Shown here in pieces: positions 11,145-20,199 of a stretch of 64,000 nt of DNA. The notes beneath the pieces are model-generated. The model worked only from the letters and a program-made list of their open reading frames with translations, did no database searches and was not told where the DNA came from. The DNA is taken from NCBI GenBank assembly GCA_963745075.1, contig CAVUWV010000010.1, forward strand, positions 256,001 to 320,000, given 5' to 3'. Each line of letters starts with the position of its first letter. The stretch's first letter is position 1. Position numbers and translations under genes: made by a program. This stretch comes from Candidatus Hydrogenedentota bacterium. Its GTDB lineage: Bacteria; Hydrogenedentota; Hydrogenedentia; Hydrogenedentales; SLHB01.

Positions 11145-11807
11145 CTATTGTGAAAGTCTTGGGCTACAAGTTGGCTGGGTCAAGGTGCAATACTGTCTGT
11201 ACAGTGCATATGCAATCGTGCCCGTCCCGAGAAACTCTAAGATATCTTCAAAAAAAGACGTGAAATGGTACGCCCACGTCTGCGGTCCGTTAGAGGTCCA
11301 CAAGTATTCGGAAAGGGCTTCCAGCAGTATACCACCGAGAAAGGCCATAGCTACGCCGAGGAATAGTAACCGCTTCGCCCGGGATTCGATGCTGCTGAGA
11401 AGATTCCGAAAGAATAACCACGCAACAACCAGAGATCCGGCCGCAACGACAGGCACAAGGACCGGAGCACCCACGTAAACATCGACCCGCCTTACAAACC
11501 CGATGATAAATGTCTGCAACTCAAAGGCTTTGGTCGTGGCCAAAGCGAAAACAACTCCGGTAACGACCAACCATTGACGCCAGAGCACGCGTTCGGCATC
11601 TTGGTAGTGCACGGCGATAAGCATCGAGAAGACGCAGGCCTGATATAGCAGCAAGGATGGGAAGAGTACCGCGCTCGTTGATTCGCAGAATTCGACCAGT
11701 CTGTGCGGATGGGAGAAGATGGAAGGGTGGCCGGGAGTCTCCTGAAGAAAATGCACCCAACATATGAGTGCTGAAAGTGCAACAAGTGCCAGTATATTCT
11801 TCCATTT
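11145..11807 (-). pseudogene. Multi-pass membrane protein, 5'-truncated by the IS
   Basis: About six hydrophobic segments and an EDILEFLG motif; the ORF's apparent start lies inside the IS terminal IR. Confidence 0.65.
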
Positions 11808-13518
11808 GGGGCCTTCCAAAAAGACAAATGGACGGGATTCTTCGTTCCCATGTTAGCGATTCGATCTTGATCACGCTATTTGGGGGTCGTGAAGTTGGTC
11901 GATGGGTGCCGATCTTTATTGATAGGTTTGTATCGTGCAGGATTCTCCGTTTCTTTTCGCTCTTTTTTTCTTATGCGGTGGCCGCTGTTAGATTCATCGG
12001 CTGCCATATCCCGATGAGAAGACATAGATTATGAGTCAGTTGATGCCATTTCAGTTCGGCTTGCGCGCCTGTTAGGCCCCAGGTTCGGCATCGTGTCCAA
12101 CCGAGCAGGCCTTTGATGCGTGCGAATACGCCTTCCACGACACACCATCGCGCTGTTTTCATTCGATGGCCTTCGGGGGTCTCCAGGCGCTGTGCCAGTT
12201 CGTTCAGCAATTCCACCTGTACGGGCCGGTTGACGCTGCGTCCTTGTTTGGTGTGGGGACAGCACTGCGGTTTGTTCGGACACGCGTGGCAATCGGCTTG
12301 GGGCGCTTGGTAGACCACCGAGGTTTTGTCGTTGTTCAGTTTGCGTCGCCGCAACGTTTGTCCCGCGGGACAGCGCATGGTGTCCGTGTCGGCCTCGTAC
12401 TCGAAGGCGCCGGCGACAAACTCTTCACTGATATCTTTGGGCTTTCGATTCTTTGCCCGGTCTTCGGGAACAAAACAGCGAATGCCGTTTTCTTCCAGGT
12501 CGGCCAACTGCTTGCGATTGTGGTAGCCCGAATCTGCCGCCGCCGATTGAATCATGACGGCGCCCTCCCCCAAAGCCGCATCCAATGCCTGTTGCGCTTG
12601 TTTAAGTTGCGGCGCCAACTGGCCCTCGTCGTTGCCTTGTTGAACGATCTCAGCGTGAACGATGACCCCCGAATCCAAGTCGGCGGTGACCTGGACATTG
12701 TGCGCGGGGCCAAAGCCTCCGCCTTTGAGCTTTTTGCGGTCGGCCTCCGGTTCGCTCACCGTAATGCAGTCCTCCGCTTCGGTCCGGCCCAAGATATCCA
12801 TTTCCTCCAGCGCGCGCTCCAAGCGATTCAACTTCTGCTCCAGGGACTTGGCCGTCTTCTCCTCCGGCCCGTCCACCTCGTCGAGCTTTTGCCGAATGAC
12901 CTCCTTCAAGCGGTCCCGTTGCTTCTCCATTCGCCTGCGGCTACGCACCGCCCGGCATCACGCGCAGCGCGTGACTCGGATCACCGAACCATCTACCCCC
13001 ATGGACTCGCCCGGCAACAGATTGCCTCGGCCCAAGGCTGCCAGCACCTGCGTACTCAGGTCGGTCAACGCCTCCGTATGCTTCGTGCGAAAATCGCACA
13101 GCGTACTCTTCTTGACCGGCGCGTCTCCCAGCAACCAGCGAAACTCAAGGTCTCTCTTGCACTGCCGCGCCAATTCAAGCGACGACATACTCCCTCGAAG
13201 CAGCGACAGGATCCATACCGCGGCCAAGCGGCGCGGCCCCAAGGCCGGACGCCCCGTCTCATCATTCTTGTACGCCGCCTCGAAGGCGCCAAAGTCCAAC
13301 TGTTCCAGCGCCGCCCAGACCAGCCGCCCCACCGAATTGCTTGGCAACAAACTCTCCAGCGAACCCGACACATACAGAGCTTGCGCCCGATTGTCGCTTA
13401 TATAACGTGGCATGATGTCGCTCCCCTCACTCGTCCTGTCCAAATCGTCGCGCGTATGTATCAAACAAATCGCGCTTTGTCCAGAACTTCGTGGGGTAAA
13501 CACTTTTTGGAAGGCCCC
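11808..13518 (-). mobile_element. IS1182-family insertion sequence (about 1.7 kb)
   Basis: 16-bp terminal IRs ggggccttccaaaaag (11808-11823) and ctttttggaaggcccc (13503-13518) around a DDE transposase. Confidence 0.9.
11971..13413 (-). CDS. IS1182-family transposase (frameshift near 12955)
   Basis: DUF772-like N-terminus (GRPA...SSLELARQC...FRWL...TLCDFR), VDGS, ADSGYH, CPAGQ and CxxC zinc ribbon, VEGVFARIK, HNL. Confidence 0.9.
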
Positions 13519-13612
13519 GAAAGCGGGGGTCCATCTTCAAATTGATTGGGCGAAATCCGATGCGCATCTGTTATACGATGACCTCACTTGACCTCGAGAC
13601 CGGAGAATAGCG

Positions 13613-14974
13613 ATGTCCATCTGCACACTTGGAATCATCGGTCTGGTTTCCGCCATACCCGGTGTTGCTTCCGCCGCCGGCTTCGCCATGACCAACGAAG
13701 TCTCCCTCATCGACTACGGAGGCATCCCTTTCGTCTACGATCTCGATGGCGCGCCCGGCGCGGAAATCCTCTGGCTCCAGTCGCCGGGCATTTTCCACAG
13801 CCACGTCTTTGACGACGGACCTTGGAACGGGCGCATCCGCGAAGACGAACGTACCCACTTCTGCCTCACCGCGACTACGTCCAGTGGCAAGATCCTCTGG
13901 CAGATCGGATCGCCGTGGAACGGCGACCGGCCGTTCATCACCCATTGCGGTGAACGGGGATTGGACTGCGCCGACCTCGACGGGGATGGCGCACCGGAGA
14001 TCGTTTGCGTGCGCAATGACGATATTGTGTTAATTGATGGCCGAAGCGGCGCAATCGAAAAGTCCGTGACGGCACCCGCCGACAACGCCCAGATCGTTCG
14101 CATCGCACACACTGGTCCCACGGATTGGACGATCCTCGCCAAGAACTCCGAGTCCGTCCTATCCGCCCTACGAATACGCGAATCCGTGCTGGTTCTACGA
14201 TGCGGGACTTAAACCTGGTGAAGACCGCCGAAATTCACGGCGGCGGGCATGCGCCCATGGTCTACGACATCGACGGCGATGGGCTCGACGAATTTCTCAT
14301 CGGCTACAACGCGATCGACGGCGATCTCAAAACGGTGTGGACCTATCGTGCGGTTCCCGATTCCGAGTGGGACGCCGCCGAGATGCACGTTGACACGATT
14401 GCCGTAGGTAAAGTCGCCGACCGGTTGAGCGTGGCCTTAGCTGCCAGCGATCAACAATATCTACTCGACGCGAAGACGGGCGATCTGCTGTGGAGTCACG
14501 AAGGCACGCACCCGCAGGCCTGCGCCATAGGGCATTTCCTGCCCGGCACGAAAGACGCGCAAGTCGTCCTGCACAATAAGCGCGCCGACCTCCAACTTTT
14601 TGACGCCAATGGCCAGGAAATCTGGCGCATGACGCCGCCCGAAAACTTTCCGTTGGGCAAAGCCGAACCGTGCAAGCGCCAAGCCTTCCACACCTTCAGC
14701 CCTATCACTGTTCTGCGCGGAGCGGGGGAGAAGGGCGTCGACCTTATCGTATTTTCTGACGAGGGCTGGCCCTACGTGATTGGAAGCGACGGCACGCCGC
14801 ACCCTCGATTTTCCGTACACGCCGAACGCAGCCCAGGACTGGGGCGACGTCCCTGGCCGCCCCGACGACTATGGCTACGGCTTCTACGTCCGCGTCAACG
14901 ATTTTGACGGCGACGGAGAAGACGAAGTCATGATCAGCGACCGCCGCTTTGCGTGGTTCTACGGTGTAGACTGA
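13613..14974 (+). CDS. Secreted FG-GAP/PQQ-like beta-propeller (rhamnogalacturonan lyase PL11-like), frameshifted twice
   Basis: Signal peptide; repeated DLDGDG/DIDGDG/DFDGDG Ca-binding motifs across ORFs 13613-14212, 14125-14907 and 14780-14974. Confidence 0.7.
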
Positions 14975-14994
14975 CCTGACGCTTCGATGATCGG

Positions 14995-16062
14995 TTATTT
15001 GAGCGGTTTGCTCGTCAACAGCCCGACGCCGCGCCCCTTGTCGCCGACCGCGCAGTAGTACATGTAAAACGTATCGTTGGCCGCGTTATACACGAGCGAG
15101 ATTTTATGCGCGTACTTCGCGTCCAACCCACCCGGATGTCCGCCCGCTTTGTATAGCGGCTCGTCGTCCTTGGTCCAGTGCAGCAGGTCCCGTGAATACG
15201 CGGCCATGATGTGCGCCCCGCCGTTGCCGACACCGAAGTAGAGCATGACCCAATGGTCGCCGTCGCGGTAAACCTTCCCGTCAGAACAGAACTTTTCGTC
15301 ATAGGACCCTGGGCCGCCATTGCGCACGACAGGATTCTCTTCGTAGCGTTGCCAGTGGACGAGATCGGTCGAGGTGGCTACACCCATCTGCTCGGTCGAT
15401 TCGTTGGCGGCGTTATAGAAATCCCAGAATTTTCCGTCGTGTTCCAGCAGCCAGGGCTGGTAAATGCAGTCCTTTTCCCATTCCTTCGCGCCTTCGATGG
15501 ACAAGGTCGGCGTATCCTCGGACTGGCGATGCCACGTCTTCCCGTCATCGCTCCAGGCGAGCCCTTCCGCGCCGGGCCGCAACTCGTACCCCCCCTGCCG
15601 CGGGTAACAGCCGTACAGCACCCAGTACTTGCCCTGCCAGCGCTTGGGCACGCGCGACGCCTTCAGGTCGTAGCTTTCCAGCAACAGACCACCGAACGTC
15701 ACGCCGCCGTAGTCGTAAGCGCCGGGCTTGCCGTAGCCCATCGCCAATCCCTGGGGCTTCCAATGCACGAGATCCGTGCTGGTCGCCAGGGCCGTCTGGT
15801 AGCCCGTGCCGTCAAAACCCGTGAACCACATCTGCCACGTATCGCCCAACTTCCACACCAGCGGACAGTCCGTCATCTGAAACCCGAGTTCCTCGGCCGG
15901 ATTCGGCGGCAGCACGTAGTCGGGATAGTAATGCCATCCGCGGAATGCCTCGGACCACGTTTTTACGGTTTCATTCGGGATGGCGTTGGCGTCCTGCGCA
16001 CTGGCGGCAAAACACAGGAAGACAACAAACAGGATGTACAGGGCGCGGCCGACTGCGCTCAT
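14995..16062 (-). CDS. Secreted five-bladed beta-propeller glycoside hydrolase-like protein (GH32/43/130-like)
   Basis: Signal peptide; repeated STDLVHW / SDDGKTW / SRDLLHW blades. Confidence 0.85.
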   Translation of the reverse strand: MSAVGRALYILFVVFLCFAASAQDANAIPNETVKTWSEAFRGWHYYPDYVLPPNPAEELGFQMTDCPLVWKLGDTWQMWFTGFDGTGYQTALATSTDLVHWKPQGLAMGYGKPGAYDYGGVTFGGLLLESYDLKASRVPKRWQGKYWVLYGCYPRQGGYELRPGAEGLAWSDDGKTWHRQSEDTPTLSIEGAKEWEKDCIYQPWLLEHDGKFWDFYNAANESTEQMGVATSTDLVHWQRYEENPVVRNGGPGSYDEKFCSDGKVYRDGDHWVMLYFGVGNGGAHIMAAYSRDLLHWTKDDEPLYKAGGHPGGLDAKYAHKISLVYNAANDTFYMYYCAVGDKGRGVGLLTSKPLK

Positions 16063-16206
16063 GACGCACTAACACCTTTCGATAAAGATAGGTTCGGATT
16101 GCTGAAAGCAAGCATAGCATGCCATGGCCACGCGATGAATTGACGGGCTCGGGCGACTGTGCCATGCTCTGAAGCCAAACGGAAGAACCGTTCGATTGGA
16201 GATGCG

Positions 16207-17172
16207 ATGAACGCTCGGATTCAGATTCGGCTGCTCTTGGCGACCCTACTCTGCGCGGCGGCGGCCATCGCTGCGGGCGCGAGTTCCCCGCAGGATGTTG
16301 TTCGCGTCATGACCTACAACGTCCAGTTCCTTCCCGGCCCGGCCTCCTCGCAAGACAAACGGCCCGAACCCGAGTATCGGGCACGCCGGATCGCCGACGA
16401 GGCCGCCAACTTTGACGTGGTCGCGCTCGAAGAAACCTTTGATGAAGGGTGCCGGAAGATTATCCTCGATACGCTGCGCGAAAAATGGGACGGACAGCTC
16501 AACGTGGTGATCAGTCCGAAGCCCGACGGATTCTTCACCAACGGCGGCTGCCTCATCGCGACGCGGCTCCCCATCATCGAATTCGATGCCGTCGTGTACA
16601 AACACTTCAGCAGCCCCGCGGACTACGGGTTTCGCGCCGACGGCTTTGCGGCCAAGGGTGTCATCTTCGCCCGGATCGCGCGAAGCAAGGATGATTTGAA
16701 GGAATGTATTGACGTTTTCGCGACCCATCTGGAGGCACGCGCCGACGAACTTCGTCCCGAGCAGTACAAGGAAATGGCGGCGTTCATTAAAGCGAAGAGC
16801 GATCCCGCCAATCCCCTGCTCCTGATGGGCGACTTCAACACGCGCGGTGACCTCGAATATCGAAACGATCCTAATTCCCAATACAGTCAATTGTTCGCCG
16901 CTTTGAATTCGGTCCGTCCCGTCACGGATGTATGGCCCGCGCTGCACGGCGACGCCCTCGGCGGCACCACGGAACAGGAGTCCGACGAAATCGGCCATCG
17001 CATTGACTACGTCATCGTCGGAAGTCAGCAAGACGATCATCCTGCGTTGAAGCCCATGCTGATCCAAGTGAACGCCTATCGGGACGACCGAGTCTACGCA
17101 CTGTCGGATCACAACGCGGTTGAGGCTGAACTGGATTGGGCGGATGTTGCCGGCGAATCCGGTACAAAGTAA
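16207..17172 (+). CDS. Endonuclease/exonuclease/phosphatase family protein (sphingomyelinase-like)
   Basis: MTYNV, DVVALEE, ATHL, MGDFN, RIDY, LSDH motifs; signal peptide. Confidence 0.9.
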   Translation: MNARIQIRLLLATLLCAAAAIAAGASSPQDVVRVMTYNVQFLPGPASSQDKRPEPEYRARRIADEAANFDVVALEETFDEGCRKIILDTLREKWDGQLNVVISPKPDGFFTNGGCLIATRLPIIEFDAVVYKHFSSPADYGFRADGFAAKGVIFARIARSKDDLKECIDVFATHLEARADELRPEQYKEMAAFIKAKSDPANPLLLMGDFNTRGDLEYRNDPNSQYSQLFAALNSVRPVTDVWPALHGDALGGTTEQESDEIGHRIDYVIVGSQQDDHPALKPMLIQVNAYRDDRVYALSDHNAVEAELDWADVAGESGTK

Positions 17173-17234
17173 CTCGGCCACGGGATCATGCACGTCGAAG
17201 GAATCACGCCGGGATGACTTCACTCGAGAGCCGC

Positions 17235-17530
17235 AAGATGGGTCCCCGCGTTCGCGAGGATGACGGTTTGGGGCGGTGTGCAGGTTTGGGTTTATCCTTG
17301 CGCAGCTCCCGGTGTGCGACAGAACCACTTCGCAACAAGCGGGTAGGACTACACAATGATACAAAGTCTTACATCAAAGCCCGTAACCTTGCACAAACCC
17401 ACACCGTCATCCTCGCGAACGCGGGGACCCATCTTCAGTAGGACTACACAACAACAAAGGAGTTCACATTGAAGCGACGAATCCCACACAACTCCACTCC
17501 GCCACTCCCGCGAACGCGGGAATGTATCTT
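17235..17530. repeat. REPIN-like element family D plus a third tandem degenerate REP
   Basis: Perfect 33-bp IR aagatgggtccccgcgttcgcgaggatgacggt (17235-17267) and 17403-17435; degenerate copy at about 17501-17530; gtaggactacacaa repeated at 17343 and 17438. Confidence 0.88.
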
Positions 17531-17569
17531 GCCCGGTCTTCGTGATGCCACCTGGTTCAAAATCCAGTC

Positions 17570-19108
17570 ATGGATGTACGCGCCGCACTTGTGGAGTACG
17601 CGACGGTGAGTGGCGTCGAGCCGGAGGTTACGGAGACCGCGACGGCCCGACAAGCTCGTTGGGTGTATCTTGCGGTGCTCGCCGTCATTCTCGTAATCGG
17701 CTTTGCGCTTCGCACGTACCGGCTTGACGACGAATGCATGTGGGTCGACGAGAGCGTCAGTTATCCCTACCTCCACCTGCCGACCTTAAGCGCGTTTCTG
17801 AGCGAAGTCCCCGTCCACGATCCCGTCATGTCGCCCCTGTACTTCACGTTGGAATACTACTGGGCGCGGGTCGCGGGCGATTCCATCATTGCCGTGCGCT
17901 GGCTTTCCATTCTCTTCGGCCTCGCGTCCATCGCGCTGATCTACGCATTGGGGACGTTAATCTACAATCGTCGCGCCGGGCTCATCGCCGCGCTCTGCAC
18001 CGCGCTGGCCATTCCGCACGTTTACTATTCGCAGGAGATCCGCACGTATGCGCTGGTGCTCTGTCTCTCGCTCGCGTCCATGTACACGTTCGTGCGATTG
18101 TTGCGTGATTCGCAACGAGTCTGGTGGGTTCTACACGTCATCGGCAACGCCCTGCTTCTCGCGACCCACCTCTTTGGCGTATTGGTCATCTTCGTTCAAG
18201 GCGTCCACCTTCTCGCACTCTATGGAAGGCGTTGGCGGCTGTGGGGCGCCTGGGGCGCGGCGCAGGCCCTGTTATTGATCCCCTTCCTGATTCGCGTAAA
18301 CCATCTTCGCGGTGATGCGCTCGACCATGCGATCGCGCAGATCCCTGTGCCCTCGCTACGCTGGTTGCTCAATACCTATTGCGTCTATTACGTCGGCGTT
18401 GAACCCTGGGGAGGACGTTTGCCCAGCGGGTACTGGCTCGTCGCTCCGGTTGTCACCTTGATTGTCTTGTCGTTCCTTTGGTCCTGGTTTGAGGACCTGC
18501 ACGGCCGGAAAGTCAAACCGGTGCGACTGAACGTATTTGTGCTGCTGATGCTTTGGTACGTCCTGCCGCCCTTGGCCCTCTATCTCTTGTCTTTCGCAGT
18601 GACCCCGTGCTTTGTCGAACCCTACACGCTCTATTCGTCCTTCGCCCTATTTCTGATGTTGGGCGGGGTTCTGTCGGCGGTACGGCGGCCTTGGTGGACG
18701 GCGTTCGTGCTGTGCACCATAACCGCCGGTTACGCATGGGCATGGTATGACGTCGCGCGTCCATTCCGCCTCGACTACCGCAACGCCGCCGTGCTGCTCG
18801 ATGGCACGTCCCGTCCCGGCGAGCCCATCGTGGGTTGGAAAGAGGTAGGGTCGACCTTGTTGGATCCGTATTCACGCGTTCCGTTCGATGACCGGTTCGT
18901 CCATACGGATTCGGTCAAGGAGATCCTGCAAAAAGTGGAGGAATTGGCGGGTCGGGGCGAGTCCTGTTGGGTCGTCGTGTACGACGGACCCGCCGGGGAC
19001 CCCCGTCCGGACCTGGAATCCCAATTACGCAGGCGCGAATTCCGGTATCACCGAACCGAGATCGGAGGTCTTCGCACCCTCTACGTTTACCACATCACTC
19101 GCGGATGA
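17570..19108 (+). CDS. Glycosyltransferase family 39 / ArnT-PMT-like membrane protein
   Basis: MWVDE, PLYF, RWLSILFG, YYSQEIRTYAL motifs; many TM helices. Confidence 0.88.
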   Translation: MDVRAALVEYATVSGVEPEVTETATARQARWVYLAVLAVILVIGFALRTYRLDDECMWVDESVSYPYLHLPTLSAFLSEVPVHDPVMSPLYFTLEYYWARVAGDSIIAVRWLSILFGLASIALIYALGTLIYNRRAGLIAALCTALAIPHVYYSQEIRTYALVLCLSLASMYTFVRLLRDSQRVWWVLHVIGNALLLATHLFGVLVIFVQGVHLLALYGRRWRLWGAWGAAQALLLIPFLIRVNHLRGDALDHAIAQIPVPSLRWLLNTYCVYYVGVEPWGGRLPSGYWLVAPVVTLIVLSFLWSWFEDLHGRKVKPVRLNVFVLLMLWYVLPPLALYLLSFAVTPCFVEPYTLYSSFALFLMLGGVLSAVRRPWWTAFVLCTITAGYAWAWYDVARPFRLDYRNAAVLLDGTSRPGEPIVGWKEVGSTLLDPYSRVPFDDRFVHTDSVKEILQKVEELAGRGESCWVVVYDGPAGDPRPDLESQLRRREFRYHRTEIGGLRTLYVYHITRG

Positions 19109-19304
19109 TTCCCGTATCGCCAATCCCCGTTGCCGATAGGATTGACACCGGTCGGTTTTCTATCGCGCAGTGTTCGAGCCTTGTCTATAAAAGCGGTTGA
19201 ATTTCTCGCAGTGTCTCCAGTATTGTCATTTCGGCTCGGCTTGGATCCGATTCAAGGTGGTGGAGGCAAACGGAAAGTCTAACCTGTCGAGGGGACTGAA
19301 CTGC

Positions 19305-20171
19305 GTGATCAATCAGCGAATCATGCGCAAGTTGCTGTTGGTCGAGGATTTCCCTACGCTCCCGGAGGTGATGAACCAAATCCTCAGCACGGTGGAAAGC
19401 GAAGACTCGTCCGCCGAAGAACTCACGGCCGTAATCGAACAAGACCACGCCATCTCCGTGCGCGTTCTGCGAATGGCCAATTCCGCGTTCTACGGATTGC
19501 GCAATCCCGTGGCGACCCTTCGTCTGGCGGTCGTCGTACTTGGGTTTAACCAGGTACGTCTCCTTGCGCTGGCTACGACCGTTTTTGATACGATGGCCAA
19601 GCGCCACCAATTCGCCATGGATCCCACGGACTTCTGGATGCACTCCCTCGGTACTGCCAAGGCCGCTCAAATCCTGGCCCGCAACCGGTCCGCGACGGAT
19701 TCGGTCGCCACGTGCTTTACGGCCGGCCTCATTCACGATGTGGGCAAATACATGTTGGCCCTGGCCCTGATGGACGAGTATCACGCCATTGTCCGGGAGG
19801 CCGAAGATGCCGCGTGTTCCCTGCGGCAGATCGAGCTGGAACGAATCGAAACGACCTCCTTCGAAGTCGGCGCCTGGCTCTGTGACAAGTGGCGGCTTCC
19901 CACAGCTATCGGTAAGACCATTCAGGCGATACCCCGGGCGGCAAGTTACGCGGGCGACGGAAAAGACGACGTGGTGACCGTGGCTCTTGCAGACCAGTTG
20001 GCCCGCGCCGCGGGCTTCGGGATGGCCGGCGACTGGGACGAACCGAAATCCGATCCGCAACTGGCCGTCGCGCTCGGGCTGGATCCGGGGAGCATCCAGG
20101 CCGTGCTCGAAGAGATGCGTGGACTTCTCGCGGATACCCGGGAATTTATCCAACACTTGGGGCAAAGTTAG
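19305..20171 (+). CDS. HDOD domain-containing protein
   Basis: PTLPEV, IEQDxAISVRVLRMANSAFYG, FWMHSL, AGLIHDVGK, KWRLP; start codon uncertain. Confidence 0.9.
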   Translation: MINQRIMRKLLLVEDFPTLPEVMNQILSTVESEDSSAEELTAVIEQDHAISVRVLRMANSAFYGLRNPVATLRLAVVVLGFNQVRLLALATTVFDTMAKRHQFAMDPTDFWMHSLGTAKAAQILARNRSATDSVATCFTAGLIHDVGKYMLALALMDEYHAIVREAEDAACSLRQIELERIETTSFEVGAWLCDKWRLPTAIGKTIQAIPRAASYAGDGKDDVVTVALADQLARAAGFGMAGDWDEPKSDPQLAVALGLDPGSIQAVLEEMRGLLADTREFIQHLGQS

Positions 20172-20199
20172 AGCGAGCAACGACAAGGACGCAGGAACC

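Noticed and set aside
9229..13518. Composite transposon bounded by two IS copies
   Set aside because: The left copy has its own target duplication and the outer flanks share none, so the insertions are independent.
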